Part shown: positions 10,786-22,800 of the stretch, one piece after another
Position numbering within the stretch: position 1 is the first letter of the stretch
How the letters are laid out: every line of letters begins with the position of its first letter
Source: Epithemia pelagica
Taxonomy: Eukaryota; Protista; Bacillariophyta
Assembly (NCBI GenBank): GCA_946965045.2
Contig: OX337238.1
Span: 1 to 64,000, forward strand
Length of the DNA stretch: 64,000 nucleotides
Reading direction: 5' to 3'
Program-made: the position numbers and the translations under genes
The notes under the pieces: model-generated
Databases searched by the model: none
Told to the model about the DNA's origin: nothing
The model's input: the letters and a program-made list of their open reading frames with translations, nothing else

Positions 10786-11612
10786 CTAGAACTCCACGGA
10801 GGTACCATCACCGAGCGTTATTGTCTTCCGCTTTCTCTTCTTGTTTTCAGGAATCGGCACTGTCTTGAAGAGGTTCAGATCGGGATCAAATGGGTTAAGA
10901 CGTCGATCCGCTAGCGCATTCCACTCGTTGTCAAAGGCTTCCACATCCTGATTGGTCGTGTCCAGAATATAAATTGATTCCCTGTTGTAGACTCGAGCTT
11001 GGTACGTTAGGTTGTAGCTTCCTACCACTGTATACTGGGGTGTTACAATCTTCTTTTCATGCATTGAGCTGAACGAGTGGCAGTGTGCAGCATTCTTCTG
11101 AAACGCTCGAAACTCGAACAAGTTTTGGAAGAGTGTTCTTGGTCTCGTGCCATCCGGAGCGAGAGAAAAGCTTTTGCAAAATTCTTGAATCGCATGAACG
11201 TTCCTCAAACTAGGCTCAATGATAATTTTGACTTTTGTCGATTTTGCAGAATGTAGCAGAATATCCAAGACGTATGGGTCATCGATGGCATAAACGTACA
11301 TACGGATGACAGCGTCATCGCCATGATCCAGGCACAAGGGTTGGCATCTCTTTGGCGTGGAGAACATACGAACCTTCCCCCCGTCACCACGTCATTGCCA
11401 CCATCAGTGTTGAGATAAGCCTGTAAGGCAGTGATAATGAAGCTAGATCCGATGTTCTTTTGGGCGAGCTTGTAAATTTCGCTGATTTCCTCTTCGCAAT
11501 CTTCGAAGTTTGACTCGTTGTCATGCTCGCATTCCCTAGTATCCTCAAGATCACGAACAGCCTTGTTGATCTGCGCTTCATCCATGGCTCGTAGTGCTTT
11601 TGTTCTTGTCAT
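10786..11612 (-). CDS. Single-domain PLD-superfamily nuclease (Nuc/Zucchini-like); 1-nt frameshift at a G6 run near 11377-11382
   Basis: IRMYVYAID..KVKIII, MHEKKIVTP..VVGSYNLT..A..NRE; C-terminal KKRKRK. One extra G joins the upstream frame (MTRTKALRAMDE..) to GKVRMFSTP. Confidence 0.75.
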
Positions 11613-11807
11613 TTTTTGTAATCCGCTCGTCGATCTCTGGGAGTGACATCGTAGATGCAACATGCAACTGCGAACTGAATGTGTGGACGACGGACAGACC
11701 AATCGGATCTGGATGGTCTGAGAGCTATGGTGCGAGTCAATCGAGTAGGAGTATATCCTTTCTAGTCGATCAGAAGCTCTGCAACTCAAGCTGCCTACCT
11801 AGAAACT

Positions 11808-13527
11808 GCAAGTTCCAAGGAATGGACCCTGATACTCCCCCCCCCCGGCTGGATTCCGGTTTGATGGAGGGGAACGGCCTCAGCTGGACACAATTTGTCG
11901 CAAAATTTGATCTTGCAGTGTGCTGCCGAATCCATTCCCGCAAAAGTAAGTTGCCTTGTCCTCCAGACAATCCGTGCTTTGTGCTGGTTCCTGTTTTTTG
12001 GAAACCAATGCCTACCAAACCATTTCATGTACAGTATGGTGACAGAACAACTCCAAGAGACGACAGAGATCGCGACAGCTAGGCCATCTCCTCCAGGACA
12101 AAGAATGAGTCGCTTTGCTAGTTGGTAAAGATAATGTCCCAAACTAGTAGTAGCGTCTGTAGAACAGTACGGTTGATACAAGTACTCCTCATTCCAAGTA
12201 CCAAATGGCAATCACGATGCTTTTCTGGTCCAAACAATAGTACTGGTAGTGGTCCCTCGTGGTGTGCGTTTTGTGATCATCATCACTTTTTGTCTGCTTC
12301 TTTGGGATACGAGTATACATGGGTAGCCATAAGTTTTGCACTGGAAAATGAGAATCCGCCAGTCCACCTCGAGCTCGTTCACCAAGAACATTGAGTACAT
12401 TGATTGACAGATCCAACCATACTCTGGTATCCAAACACTGCGCCTCCCGATTCTAAGCCACAAATGCCTTTGGTCATGATCCGTGCTCGTAAGGAGAGGA
12501 ATTTTCAAGCAGGTAATGACATGTTCGTTCGGTATTGCTCGTTTCTGTACATCCAACGACACCACTTGAGCATCGATTGCCAAACATACAGTATTAGATG
12601 CCATTCATATCCTGTTCCTCGGCATCATCGGTCAAAGTCATTGTGGAAAACAAATTCTCCTCGTGTCGCGACAGAAATTTTTCGTTGTTGCCACAAGGTG
12701 TTGGCGTTGTTGCGTTGGTCCGACCAAGAGCAGCATCCAGTTCCTCAGTGTCTTGGTCTTGGTCCTCGTCTTCTTCCTCCTCTTTGACATTTTCAAACGA
12801 TAAACTCCCCAACAATAAGCTAGGCATTCGCGTACTGGACCCATCTCGGTAGTTGCTGTTGGTGGTGTCCGAACAAGTGCGCTGATTCTGTTCCCACTCA
12901 ATCAAGGACGACATGCTTCCAAAGGAGGTCGTTGCGTCTTGGCTCCCGCTATTCATCCACCAGGACGTTGTGGAGAAGGACAGAGAGCTGTTGCGCGTCA
13001 TGGAGTCCATCCGTTTGTTGTTGGATGGTGTGGTTGTCTTGTGGTGTTGTTCGTCCAGGAAACTACTCGTGAAATGCCCAACGCCATGACAGAGAAGTGA
13101 TATGAATGAGTGAGTGAGTGAGAGATGCCTTTTCGTCGTTCCAGCGGATCGTCGAGTCACCAATCAACACTTACGATGGTGTTGACCTCGGCATGACAGT
13201 CGCAGTGAGAGCACCCAAATCAATGGAGCTCTCGGAGGAAAAGTTCATTCCTGGAGACGTCAACGGACCCCCAGTGTCATGGTCCACGTCGTCGTCGTCG
13301 TCGTTATCTTGAGGAAGAGAGAAGGTGACGGTTCTTGGTGCGGATACTTCGAGGTTGGTTCCCCAACGCACACTCTTGGTGGTGGTCGTCGTTGGTCGTT
13401 GTGGAGCAGTGACAATCATGGCTTGCGGATTTGGTGGCAGTTCTTGTCGAAGTGGTGTGCAAGTCGAAATGGAAATTATAGGAGATGACAAAGATGAAGG
13501 TGTTGATGTGTGGGTCTTTGTATTCAT
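11808..13527 (-). pseudogene. Degenerate spliced gene of unknown family (contains repeat copy R2)
   Basis: ATG 13527; a GTAAGT..TAG intron (13174-13063) joins ORF 13171-13650 to ORF 12594-13163 in frame; downstream portion is broken by stops and frameshifts. Confidence 0.45.
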
Positions 13528-15167
13528 CAACACAAGGATCCGAATAGATACGAGTAGGATGTTGATTAATTGTGTGCCTGAGATGAGATGATTGCTGAGC
13601 TGTGGTGGTGTCACCGCCAATGGTTGAAGACCTTTACGCTTTACGTGCATTTTACTGGAAACACACTGCCTTCATTGAGTACTATCTCGATGCTCACGAG
13701 TTGGTTGGTCGTTTTGGTGGGATCAAATTTCGGGACCGGGGCAATACCAAATGAGATTGTACTCCAATTCGCAACTTTCGTAGTAGAATACACCTTCAGC
13801 TCATCGGGAAAAGATACTCCGATGAGTGTCCCGCTGAGAATTTGGATCGTAGAATGTTATCTAAAACTTTCTTAAGTTTCAAGTTTCAATCAATTTCGTG
13901 AAGATTTAGCTTCACTTAGAAAGTACTTGCGAATGAAAAGTCGTTGTGGGCACATCCACATTGTTTTGTTGGAGTATTGAGTTTCACACTTTCAATAGCG
14001 TGGAATGTAATACTTTGAATATTGAATACGGCTTCATGTCAAACTTTGAGAGAGTCCAAAGTTGGTTGGAGGACACTCCCCATCCACATGAACTGTATCA
14101 TGATTCATGATGATAATACGAGTATATTGTAATCGGCATGAGAGGAGTAAACCTTCTCTGCCTACTCCCAGTGTCATGTATAGCTATAGTATAAGTCTTG
14201 TTCACGTATTGCTATTTCCGTTGCTTGGCAGTGGACAAATCTTGATCAATCAACATGGCTAGTTTACACCCAACTTGGAAGCATATAGTCGGGCTATCCG
14301 TAGAACAGTTTCAAATTGGACTGCACCATTGACCATTGCATTATTGGATACTCACCTGCACCAACTCCATGGATGGTTGTTCTTGCACTGGTGCATGGGT
14401 GGTGCTGAAAAGGTATCATTGGGCTGGCCGGATGTCCCTTTTTCGCTTGCATCCTCGACTCCAACTCCATACATGATAAAAGCTCTGCTCCTCATCGTTT
14501 GTCCTCTTCTTTGTTGTACAAACTGTAGTATTAATCCGAAGAGAGATCCCTATTATTCATGGTCGTATCTACTTCTATTGCAAATTGCTACACTCAAGTA
14601 GGTCCTCCTAGAGACTCTATGTATGATCTGTCGTAGCTACTCCTGACTACCATGATTCCATTGCCGCATCTGGTCTGTACGTAGTCAACCTACCAGAAAT
14701 TCTGATGGCCATTCGGCCAACATAACTTTCAAGACGCTGATCATTGCCAATTACTACGGAGCTACCCAGGTCGACTATTTCTATTGTCGGTCAAATGGCC
14801 ATCAGAAGGTGCGATTTTACCGCGACTTGGCCAACAAAACCGAGGTAATGATGATTCCGTACCGAAAATCAGAAATCAGACCCAAGACTGGATCACTATA
14901 TTATTTTCGAATATGGTACTGTTAAGTGGTCGGGACTGAGGTCATCAAGCAGGTCCGTGAACGAAAGGCGATCAATGTGAGGATCCTGTCGCAGATGTGT
15001 CGTGGATCCAAAAAGCACAAAAAGATTCTCTGTTTTCTTTCCTCTTTCCGTCATTGTCGTCGCCATTTCGCATTTCGCATATTACATGTTCTTGCGGAGA
15101 TCCGATCAGTCCATTGCACCAACCAACCAAAAGGGAAAGAAGCAGCAAAAGCAAGGTATTGTCCAAG

Positions 15168-18068
15168 ATGAATCCCTTTCAGACTCCACCTCGAACGGCC
15201 AACGGTTCGAGCAACCACACTAAGGACGATACGCCTTTCTTGGAACAACCACAAGCAGCTGCATTGTTGCGACAAGAACCAAGCCCTCCACTTGTATCAC
15301 AACCCCAATCGATCACCATGACGGCACAGGAATTGTTGGCACAATCTCCTTCTCCATTTCGCCGTCCTCCAAGTCCTCGTCAATGGTCGCCTGTTTCTCG
15401 ACAACCCGCCGAACGACAAGCACTCTTTGAATCGAGCGATTCGCCCATGCCACCGGGTCGCAAACGAATGGCGCTTGTTCTTCTTGTGGTGGCAATGTGT
15501 CTCTCGTATCGGCTTTTCGATGCCTTTCAAAGAGCTCAACAGAGACATCATTCCTCCTTGCCCTCTTCTTCTCGACGCAGCTACAGCCGAAATGGCTCCT
15601 TGTCGGTCCAACAGTTTTGGCAACAATGGCAAGAATGGACCGACAAACAACAACAACAACAACAGTCCAAGCAGCAACAAGATTCGACGTCATGGTTTCC
15701 CTTTTTCACTTCGTCCCGCAACCCCATGGCATCACTTTCGTCTTTTTCCTCCTCATCATCATCGGCCAATGCCAAAGAGGCCCATCGGCCAGGGTATCGG
15801 TTGGCGCAACAAGGAGCTCGTGCCAAACATTCGGTCGTGGTAATTCCAGGCTTTGTCACATCCGGATTGGAATTGTGGTCGACCCCCGAAGCGTGTGCCA
15901 AACCCTATTTTCGACAGCGTGTGTGGACGGCTCTGTCCAGTGTCCAATACTTTTTGCAAGACCGTTCTTGTTGGCAACGACACATGCAACTCCATCCTCG
16001 AACGGGAATGGACCCCGACGGCCCTCGTTCCTTGCGAGCCGCCACGGGCTGGTCCGCCGTCGATTACTTTGTTCCCGGCTATTGGATCTTTGCGCGATTG
16101 ATTCAAAATTTGGCCGACGTCGGATACACGTCGGCCAATCTTGTGGTGGAACCCTACGATTGGCGATTGGCTCCGCCTCTCTTGGAAGAGCGCGATGGCT
16201 ACTTTACGCAATTGCAACTCCGCATCCAAGCCTTGCATGCCATTTCGGGACAAAAAGTAGTGATTGCCTCGCACTCCATGGGGGCCTTGATTGTCCACTA
16301 TTTCATGTCCTGGGTCTCGCAACCGCGCCACGGAGGACCAAAATGGGTCCAGGACCATGTCCATGCCTACATCAACTTGGCGGGGGCCCATTTGGGCGTT
16401 CCCAAGGCCGTGACGGCCTTGTTGTCGGGGGAAATGAGTGACACCACCGTCTTGGCGGGGGCCATTCATCCCTTGGCTCAGGCCGCTGTGGAACAAGTGC
16501 TCACCAGGTCCTGGAGACGTGACTTGTTTGAAACCTGGGGCAGTTTATGGGCCATGTTTCCCAAGGGTGGCAATCGCGTATGGGGATCCAGTAGCGATCT
16601 GGAGCATTGTCATGCAACCGCAGTCACAACGACGACCAACGGCGAACCCTCCAACAACACCAATGCAAGTCGTTCGACCGATATGTGTCTCGATGCGGAC
16701 CAACCGTCCATGTCAGAGCCTACTACACTGTCCAATGATTCGTGGACACTTGTAGAGGATGAGACGAATGGGGCTTCGAACGATAGTCCCGTGAATGACC
16801 ATGCCAAGTGGACGGATCCCTTTTGTGCCGCCTCCTTACCCGAAAAAAACGAGGATTCCAACGACCATGAATCAGCAGCAGGGTACATGTTTGGATCACA
16901 ACGGGGAGTCCTATCGCCACTCTTGGCCATTGCCGATCACCGTACCCTCCAAATGATTGACGAATGGAAAAACGACTCGAGTGCCCAAACGGAAAATCAA
17001 GGCAACAAAAGAAAAGCCTTTTGGGCCAATCTATGGGATCAAGCTACGAAATCGATTGAGACCAACCAAACCTGTCCTGCCCCTAGTCTCGACAAAGAAC
17101 AAAAAGAAGGTGATACCGTATCAGTTCCTTGCGAAGCCACCACGAATCAAGAGGGGGAGGAGGATTTGGAGCACCATGCGGCCTTGCGATTCTTGGCGAA
17201 TCAAGATTTGAGTCTCACTGCCGTCATGGACCATGTTCAAAATCGTGGACGTCGAGACGGTTTGCGCAATACCCAGTTGTTTTCGCTGTACAATGGCGCT
17301 CAAGAAGAGAGGGATGGATTGACAGATCCTTCGACCAAGCGAACACGGAACCAGGAACAAAAACAACAGCGACAATGGTTGGAAGATGCGTCCTCGGCGG
17401 CGTGGCACGATGCCACGCAAACACCTTTACCAAATGCACCCGATTTGAACATTTATTGTCTCTATGGTATTGGAAAGCCCACGGAACGGGCGTATTACTA
17501 CAAACTGAACGACGAGACCAAGAATTACCTGGAAGAATTTGACAGCAAAAACAACAATGCGGGTCCCCCACCGTCACTGATTTTGGACACTTCGGTGAAT
17601 TTCCCTCAACACAATGTCCATTATGGTGTTCAGTACACCAATGGCGATGGATCGGTCCCACTACTCTCCTTGGGATATGTCTGTGCCGATGCGTGGACGC
17701 GGCACGAACGACGACGAACACCGGGTAGTGTGGATTTGAATCCCGGTCGTGCCAAGGTCTATACCCGCGAATATCCTCATTCCGAAGCGGGAGTGAATGC
17801 CAGTTCCTTGTTGGACGATCCCTTGCAACGCAGTGGCCCCCAGAGTGGTGAGCATGTGGACTTTTTGGGCAATGTGGACATGACCGAGGATGTGATTCGC
17901 ATCGTGACCGATTTTCAAGTCGATCGTGTTCAGGAGAATCAAATTCATTCCAACATTCGTGAAATTGCCCAACGCATCTACAATCGATTCGAGAATCCGA
18001 AAATCAAACACAAGAGGCCAAGACGGAAACCAAACATGAGAAACAACAACAAGGCAAAGAACACGTAG
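15168..18068 (+). CDS. PDAT: Phospholipid:diacylglycerol acyltransferase (LCAT family), about 966 aa
   Basis: N-terminal TM segment, VVVIPGFVTSGLELW, YDWRL, HSMG nucleophile motif, LPNAPDL.IYCLYG.GKPTERAY, GDGSVPLLSLGYVC, HVDFLGN. Confidence 0.95.
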   Translation: MNPFQTPPRTANGSSNHTKDDTPFLEQPQAAALLRQEPSPPLVSQPQSITMTAQELLAQSPSPFRRPPSPRQWSPVSRQPAERQALFESSDSPMPPGRKRMALVLLVVAMCLSYRLFDAFQRAQQRHHSSLPSSSRRSYSRNGSLSVQQFWQQWQEWTDKQQQQQQSKQQQDSTSWFPFFTSSRNPMASLSSFSSSSSSANAKEAHRPGYRLAQQGARAKHSVVVIPGFVTSGLELWSTPEACAKPYFRQRVWTALSSVQYFLQDRSCWQRHMQLHPRTGMDPDGPRSLRAATGWSAVDYFVPGYWIFARLIQNLADVGYTSANLVVEPYDWRLAPPLLEERDGYFTQLQLRIQALHAISGQKVVIASHSMGALIVHYFMSWVSQPRHGGPKWVQDHVHAYINLAGAHLGVPKAVTALLSGEMSDTTVLAGAIHPLAQAAVEQVLTRSWRRDLFETWGSLWAMFPKGGNRVWGSSSDLEHCHATAVTTTTNGEPSNNTNASRSTDMCLDADQPSMSEPTTLSNDSWTLVEDETNGASNDSPVNDHAKWTDPFCAASLPEKNEDSNDHESAAGYMFGSQRGVLSPLLAIADHRTLQMIDEWKNDSSAQTENQGNKRKAFWANLWDQATKSIETNQTCPAPSLDKEQKEGDTVSVPCEATTNQEGEEDLEHHAALRFLANQDLSLTAVMDHVQNRGRRDGLRNTQLFSLYNGAQEERDGLTDPSTKRTRNQEQKQQRQWLEDASSAAWHDATQTPLPNAPDLNIYCLYGIGKPTERAYYYKLNDETKNYLEEFDSKNNNAGPPPSLILDTSVNFPQHNVHYGVQYTNGDGSVPLLSLGYVCADAWTRHERRRTPGSVDLNPGRAKVYTREYPHSEAGVNASSLLDDPLQRSGPQSGEHVDFLGNVDMTEDVIRIVTDFQVDRVQENQIHSNIREIAQRIYNRFENPKIKHKRPRRKPNMRNNNKAKNT

Positions 18069-18666
18069 AGAGTGGAGTACGGGAAAAGTCATTCATTCCA
18101 ACACTCCATTAGGTGTTGCATCCATTCCCAAACTCTGTGTCAGACACGGGTTTTCCATTCGGTGTTTCATGGTGCGTGGCACAAACCATATTTCGCTGGT
18201 TCGAATCTGCCAATGCAACACAACGCACACCACGCCTACAATGTCTCTCTCATCACCTACAATCGACGGGCAGATTCACAGTTCATTGTTCTCTGATGAG
18301 GTGGACAGACATATCCGACTGCCACAAACGCCATGGCATGAGAAGGAAATTCCTGTTCACTCATACTAGAGCGCTTATAATATCTGGACCTCCTTTGTGA
18401 TTGGTGGTTGCGGCAAGAGTCTAGCTCCATCCCCGATTGCACTGTCCTACCGTACGCTTTCAATTTCAGTTTACCGAGTACAATGGGTTTTAGATGATAT
18501 CTCAATCTGTAGCAATACCATGCAAAAAACAATAAAACTACTTTTAGCACGTATTATAATTAGCTGAGCACTCACAATTTTTAAGTGGCAAACATGACAA
18601 CAAGTGCAACAGCTACATTGATATAATGTCGAGGTGATACGGCGGGAGAAATATATCAGCATCAAT

Positions 18667-19728
18667 CTAGGAACCCCATTCTTCCTTCCGAACATGATGG
18701 GTATAGTGCTCACAGAGTTGACGAAAGCACCACGAATTCTTGTCCATTAGTGAAAATGTCGCACAGGTAGGATTATGAATCCCACCAGTCACGGCCACTT
18801 GATTGGCAAGAGTTATCATACTGCAGCGAAGATGGCGATTTCCAAAGGGTGGGAGATTCCACAGGCAGTTGCAGTGCGTATCCAAGACATTTACGGTACG
18901 ACTGCGTCCTCCGACCACAACTAGACAGGATCCCACGGCTACCGCGGAACAAATACTTCGTGGGTGGGGAAGCACCAAATCCGAGTGAGTGGTCCAAGCG
19001 GAGGAGAAGGAAATGACTGTGTCGCCTTTGGAAAATTCCAAATACTCCACCGAGTCCAGTGCGTCGTCATTGTTGTCGCCTCCAACGACAAAGATGCGGT
19101 GACCAATGACCGCACTGGCACAAAATGTTCGAGCAATGTTCAAAGATGGACCTGTAGTGACAGAATGATTGGTGGTATCCAAAATATCCACCGACGACAA
19201 GTCTTTCCTTCCTTCGTTGTATCCACCCAATACGACAAGGTATCGGTTCTGCACTGCCACAGCGCAAAACCCATATCGCCTCGCTGATAATCGACAAGTT
19301 AATGTCGTCCAAGGGCTCTCATACAAAGGAGGATTACTGCTTGTTGTTGTTCTAGATGATTGTAGCATATCGTGGGCATCAATGCGTTCGATGCAATCCA
19401 GACTTGAAAATCCATTGTTTCCTCCCATCACATATACTCCACCATTGCACACAACAGCGGCATGTCCATAGCGTTTCTGGTTCATGGGTGGCCCTTCTCG
19501 CCACTGCTTGTTCGGTTCTGCTAGATTCAATGCAAGAACGGAGTTGGCAAAGTCAACTTGATGAAATCCTCCCAACACGACGACCGTATGATCCAGTACG
19601 ACCGCAGCATGTTCGTCACGCCATCCACCCGCAAAAGGAGGCCAATCGGTTTCATTCCATTCTGAATTATCGTCAAAAAGGACAAGGCCCGACTGCCAGG
19701 CTTGTTCTTTCAGTGCCCTGCTGCTCAT
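18667..19728 (-). CDS. Kelch-only beta-propeller protein (kelch 1, 353 aa)
   Basis: Six GG-containing kelch blades (VVLGG, VYVMGG, LVVLGG, IFVVGG, LVVVGG, VAVTGG); no BTB or F-box seen. Confidence 0.93.
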   Translation of the reverse strand: MSSRALKEQAWQSGLVLFDDNSEWNETDWPPFAGGWRDEHAAVVLDHTVVVLGGFHQVDFANSVLALNLAEPNKQWREGPPMNQKRYGHAAVVCNGGVYVMGGNNGFSSLDCIERIDAHDMLQSSRTTTSSNPPLYESPWTTLTCRLSARRYGFCAVAVQNRYLVVLGGYNEGRKDLSSVDILDTTNHSVTTGPSLNIARTFCASAVIGHRIFVVGGDNNDDALDSVEYLEFSKGDTVISFSSAWTTHSDLVLPHPRSICSAVAVGSCLVVVGGRSRTVNVLDTHCNCLWNLPPFGNRHLRCSMITLANQVAVTGGIHNPTCATFSLMDKNSWCFRQLCEHYTHHVRKEEWGS

Positions 19729-19824
19729 GGTTCATTCACTGTCTGTGCACGAAAGAAGAACGTGAACTTTTGTGGTCCAAAAGGGGGTGTCTGTCTGTCG
19801 TAGGTCACAAAACGATCGCACATA

Positions 19825-22800
19825 CACGTTCCGATGGCCCCCAGATTTATACTCAACGCACACATAGTATAGAATAAAGAGTAGTTTATGCGCGCCCGTC
19901 GGTATTCCGCTGAAAATAGTCAAGCTCCAAAGTGCGACTCAATCTCCTCCGTGGATCAACGCGTTTCGTTCCATCCACGTTCCGGATATTAGAGTGGCTT
20001 GACCATGAACAACATCCAATTTCTCATCTGAATCATCTCTGTTATCAATACAAAGCCAGTGTCACTGATAACACGGCCCAAGAGAGGTTCCTACAAAATT
20101 ATATTGGTGCTGTGCCATTTCTTCAGGAGATATAATGGATTTTTCACCGACCTCTATCGAGGAAGCTTTTGTGCTTCTACTCAAGGAAGCCAACAAGGGA
20201 TCCTGTTTCCACTATGGTTTGTTTCTCCCTGCCACCCACCCATGGAGTATTGCTTGTTTGTGTTGTCTTGATGACAAAGAAATGCAAATTGTATTTGAAG
20301 TGACTAAAATGAAAAAGAAGAAAGGCCCAAATTTGGTACGGAATGCAGCTGATGGATTTGATCGACTGTTGAACATGGCTGAACTGTTGTATACAAGTCG
20401 CCTGTTCACCTATTCCGAGTACCAAGACAAGGTGGAAACCAAAAAAAGGGACCAAAAGTGTATCTGGATTAAACTGGGAATTGGGCAAAGAGCCCTCCCA
20501 CTGTATGAAGAGCCTCGTCACCTATCGCAGCCACCAAGACGAATCAGCCTGAAACCATTTGTTGATCAACTCAAACAGGCCATTAAGCAAGAAATGCAGC
20601 CATCCCTGTCTCGCAGTACTCTTTCCTCAGCAGCTCCATTGCCTGAAGTTTGTTTTTCTCCAGACAATCCTGGTATGGATGAATCAGCAACAATAGAATA
20701 CCGACACAAAATGGAGGAGCATGAAATGATATTCCGAACAATCAATCAGTTTCTTCTTCCCAAGATATTCAAAAGGGAACAGCTTGCAAGTCGCTCATGG
20801 TGGAGAAAACCTGAAAGTTTTGACAAGGATGCAGCCGACATCATAATAAAACTTGGCCAAGTCCTTCGAAAGAAAAGAGAAGAACGCTCAGCAATGGCAG
20901 TCTCATCCACAATGATGTCGCCTCTTGCTGAGGCCAAATCCTTACATGCGCTCCAAAAGTTTGGCATTGACCCATCTAATACATGGTCAGTCTCGACAGT
21001 ACTTCGCAACCTAGTTGCTCTTGAACAGTCAAAGAGAAAGTATGATCTCTTCAACGTTCAGATGGGGAACTCTACTCGCATCCGTCTCTGTCGGATACCA
21101 AAGTCACGCAATATGAAGTGTTTACGAGAGAATGAACAAGATCATCCATTCCTTGACAATATTTTGAAGCAGTTTGTTCCTGACTCTTGTTCCATTGAAC
21201 GAGAGCAGGATCACATTGATGAAGAAGAAAATGAAGACGAAGTAGAGGCCGATGGTCTGTCATCAATGGAACACGCCGCTGCTATTCTCTTGGCTTTTGT
21301 TGGAAACAGATACCCCGAAGCAATGCTCAGTGCTGCAAGCTCTTGCAAAAAAATTGTTGTTGCCAAGCCGATGTCTGTCATTGAAACAACAGCAATGCTT
21401 TGCGAAGCTGGATTGAATACAACGCAAGCAGAGATCATTGCCAGTCATCTTCGCGTCCACTTTGGACGAACGGTCATGGCAGGAAGAGACAAAATTAGGA
21501 AGGAATTGCTTGTGTCTCGATCGCAAATTCCTCCACCGACAACATCGTCTCTCTCTTTATCGAGAAGTCGTTCCGTGGAATGGTTCTGCCGTGATACAGT
21601 CGAAACATTGAAGACCTACGTCATTTCTGTTGTGAAGCAGTCATCCAAAATACCACAATTTCATTCCATTGACTTATTATGGTCCTGTGATCATGGCCAA
21701 GGGGCTTCACGAGGTTGTCTCTGCATCATTACTCGTTGGATAGACGGAGACAAGCATTGCGAAAGATCTGAACCCTTCCTTGTTGCCCGGGCGAAGTGTC
21801 GGAAAGACACTTATGAAATCCTGTCAAAAACCTTTATGCCACACATAAATCAAGCAATTGCCAAGATAATTGAAGCTGGGTCCATAAGTGTGTGGCAGAG
21901 AAGAGCAACAGAGGGTCGTGAAAGGGCTGTGTTAGTTACATTGGGAGACGAAACCGTATCTAACGAATGGGATCCAGAGCTTAGACACGTTCCAATCCAA
22001 TGCATCAGCAGTGGAGATGGCTCTCAGATCATGACAAACTATGGTCGTGAAGGCTATTCTTCTTGCTGGTGTTGGTACTGTGACCTGAGCAAAGCAGAAT
22101 GGTCACGAGTACACAGGAGACATGGTCGTATGTGGACACTTCAAAGCATGGCGGCACATCGAAATGTGTTGAAAAGCAGCTCTGCGGCATATTTGAATAG
22201 TGCAAACAATGTACGAGGCTTCAAAACTGATCAGCAGCCATTGTTGTGTGTAGAGGTAAAGGACACTGCTCCACCAATTCTCCATTTACTCCTTGGATTG
22301 GGCAATAAGGTGCATGACAGTCTCATCTCGCAATTGCAAAGTGCTGCGGAACAGTACACTGAGCAGTACGTTGCTCTTGAAACAGCAACGTATCAACAAC
22401 AAGACACTGTGGCAAGTATTGCCGAAGCCAATCGCAGTACCCATCTTACTGGACCAGCGCAGCAACAAGCAAAGGACAAGCTGAAAGCAGCAAAAGAGAA
22501 ACTGAAGCTCATAAAACAGCAGTGGGAGAAAGAGGCACAACTACCAGCCAACAGCAAAGCCACTGGTCAGCCACTACGAGCGTGGATTGAAGATGTATTG
22601 AAGAAGCATGGCATAAAGCCAGCTATATACCATGGGGGAGACTTACAGGGAAATTCTTTACGAGCTCTTCTTCGGAACCGCCGCGAAATCTTTGCGTCAT
22701 TATGGAATGACTGTCTCTTGGTTTGGATTGGTATGGATGATAGCGATGTCGTTGCTTCTCAAGATACAATCAAGACAGTATTGGATGGCTATGAAAGGTT

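Noticed and set aside
9270-11612. Metacaspase + PLD nuclease as a defence or cell-death module
   Set aside because: The metacaspase is a dead copy, and adjacency is explained by subtelomeric duplication; no evidence of functional linkage.
13640-14150. Protein-like fragments (FIEYYLDAHELVGRFGGIKF..)
   Set aside because: Broken by several stops; family cannot be assigned from sequence alone.
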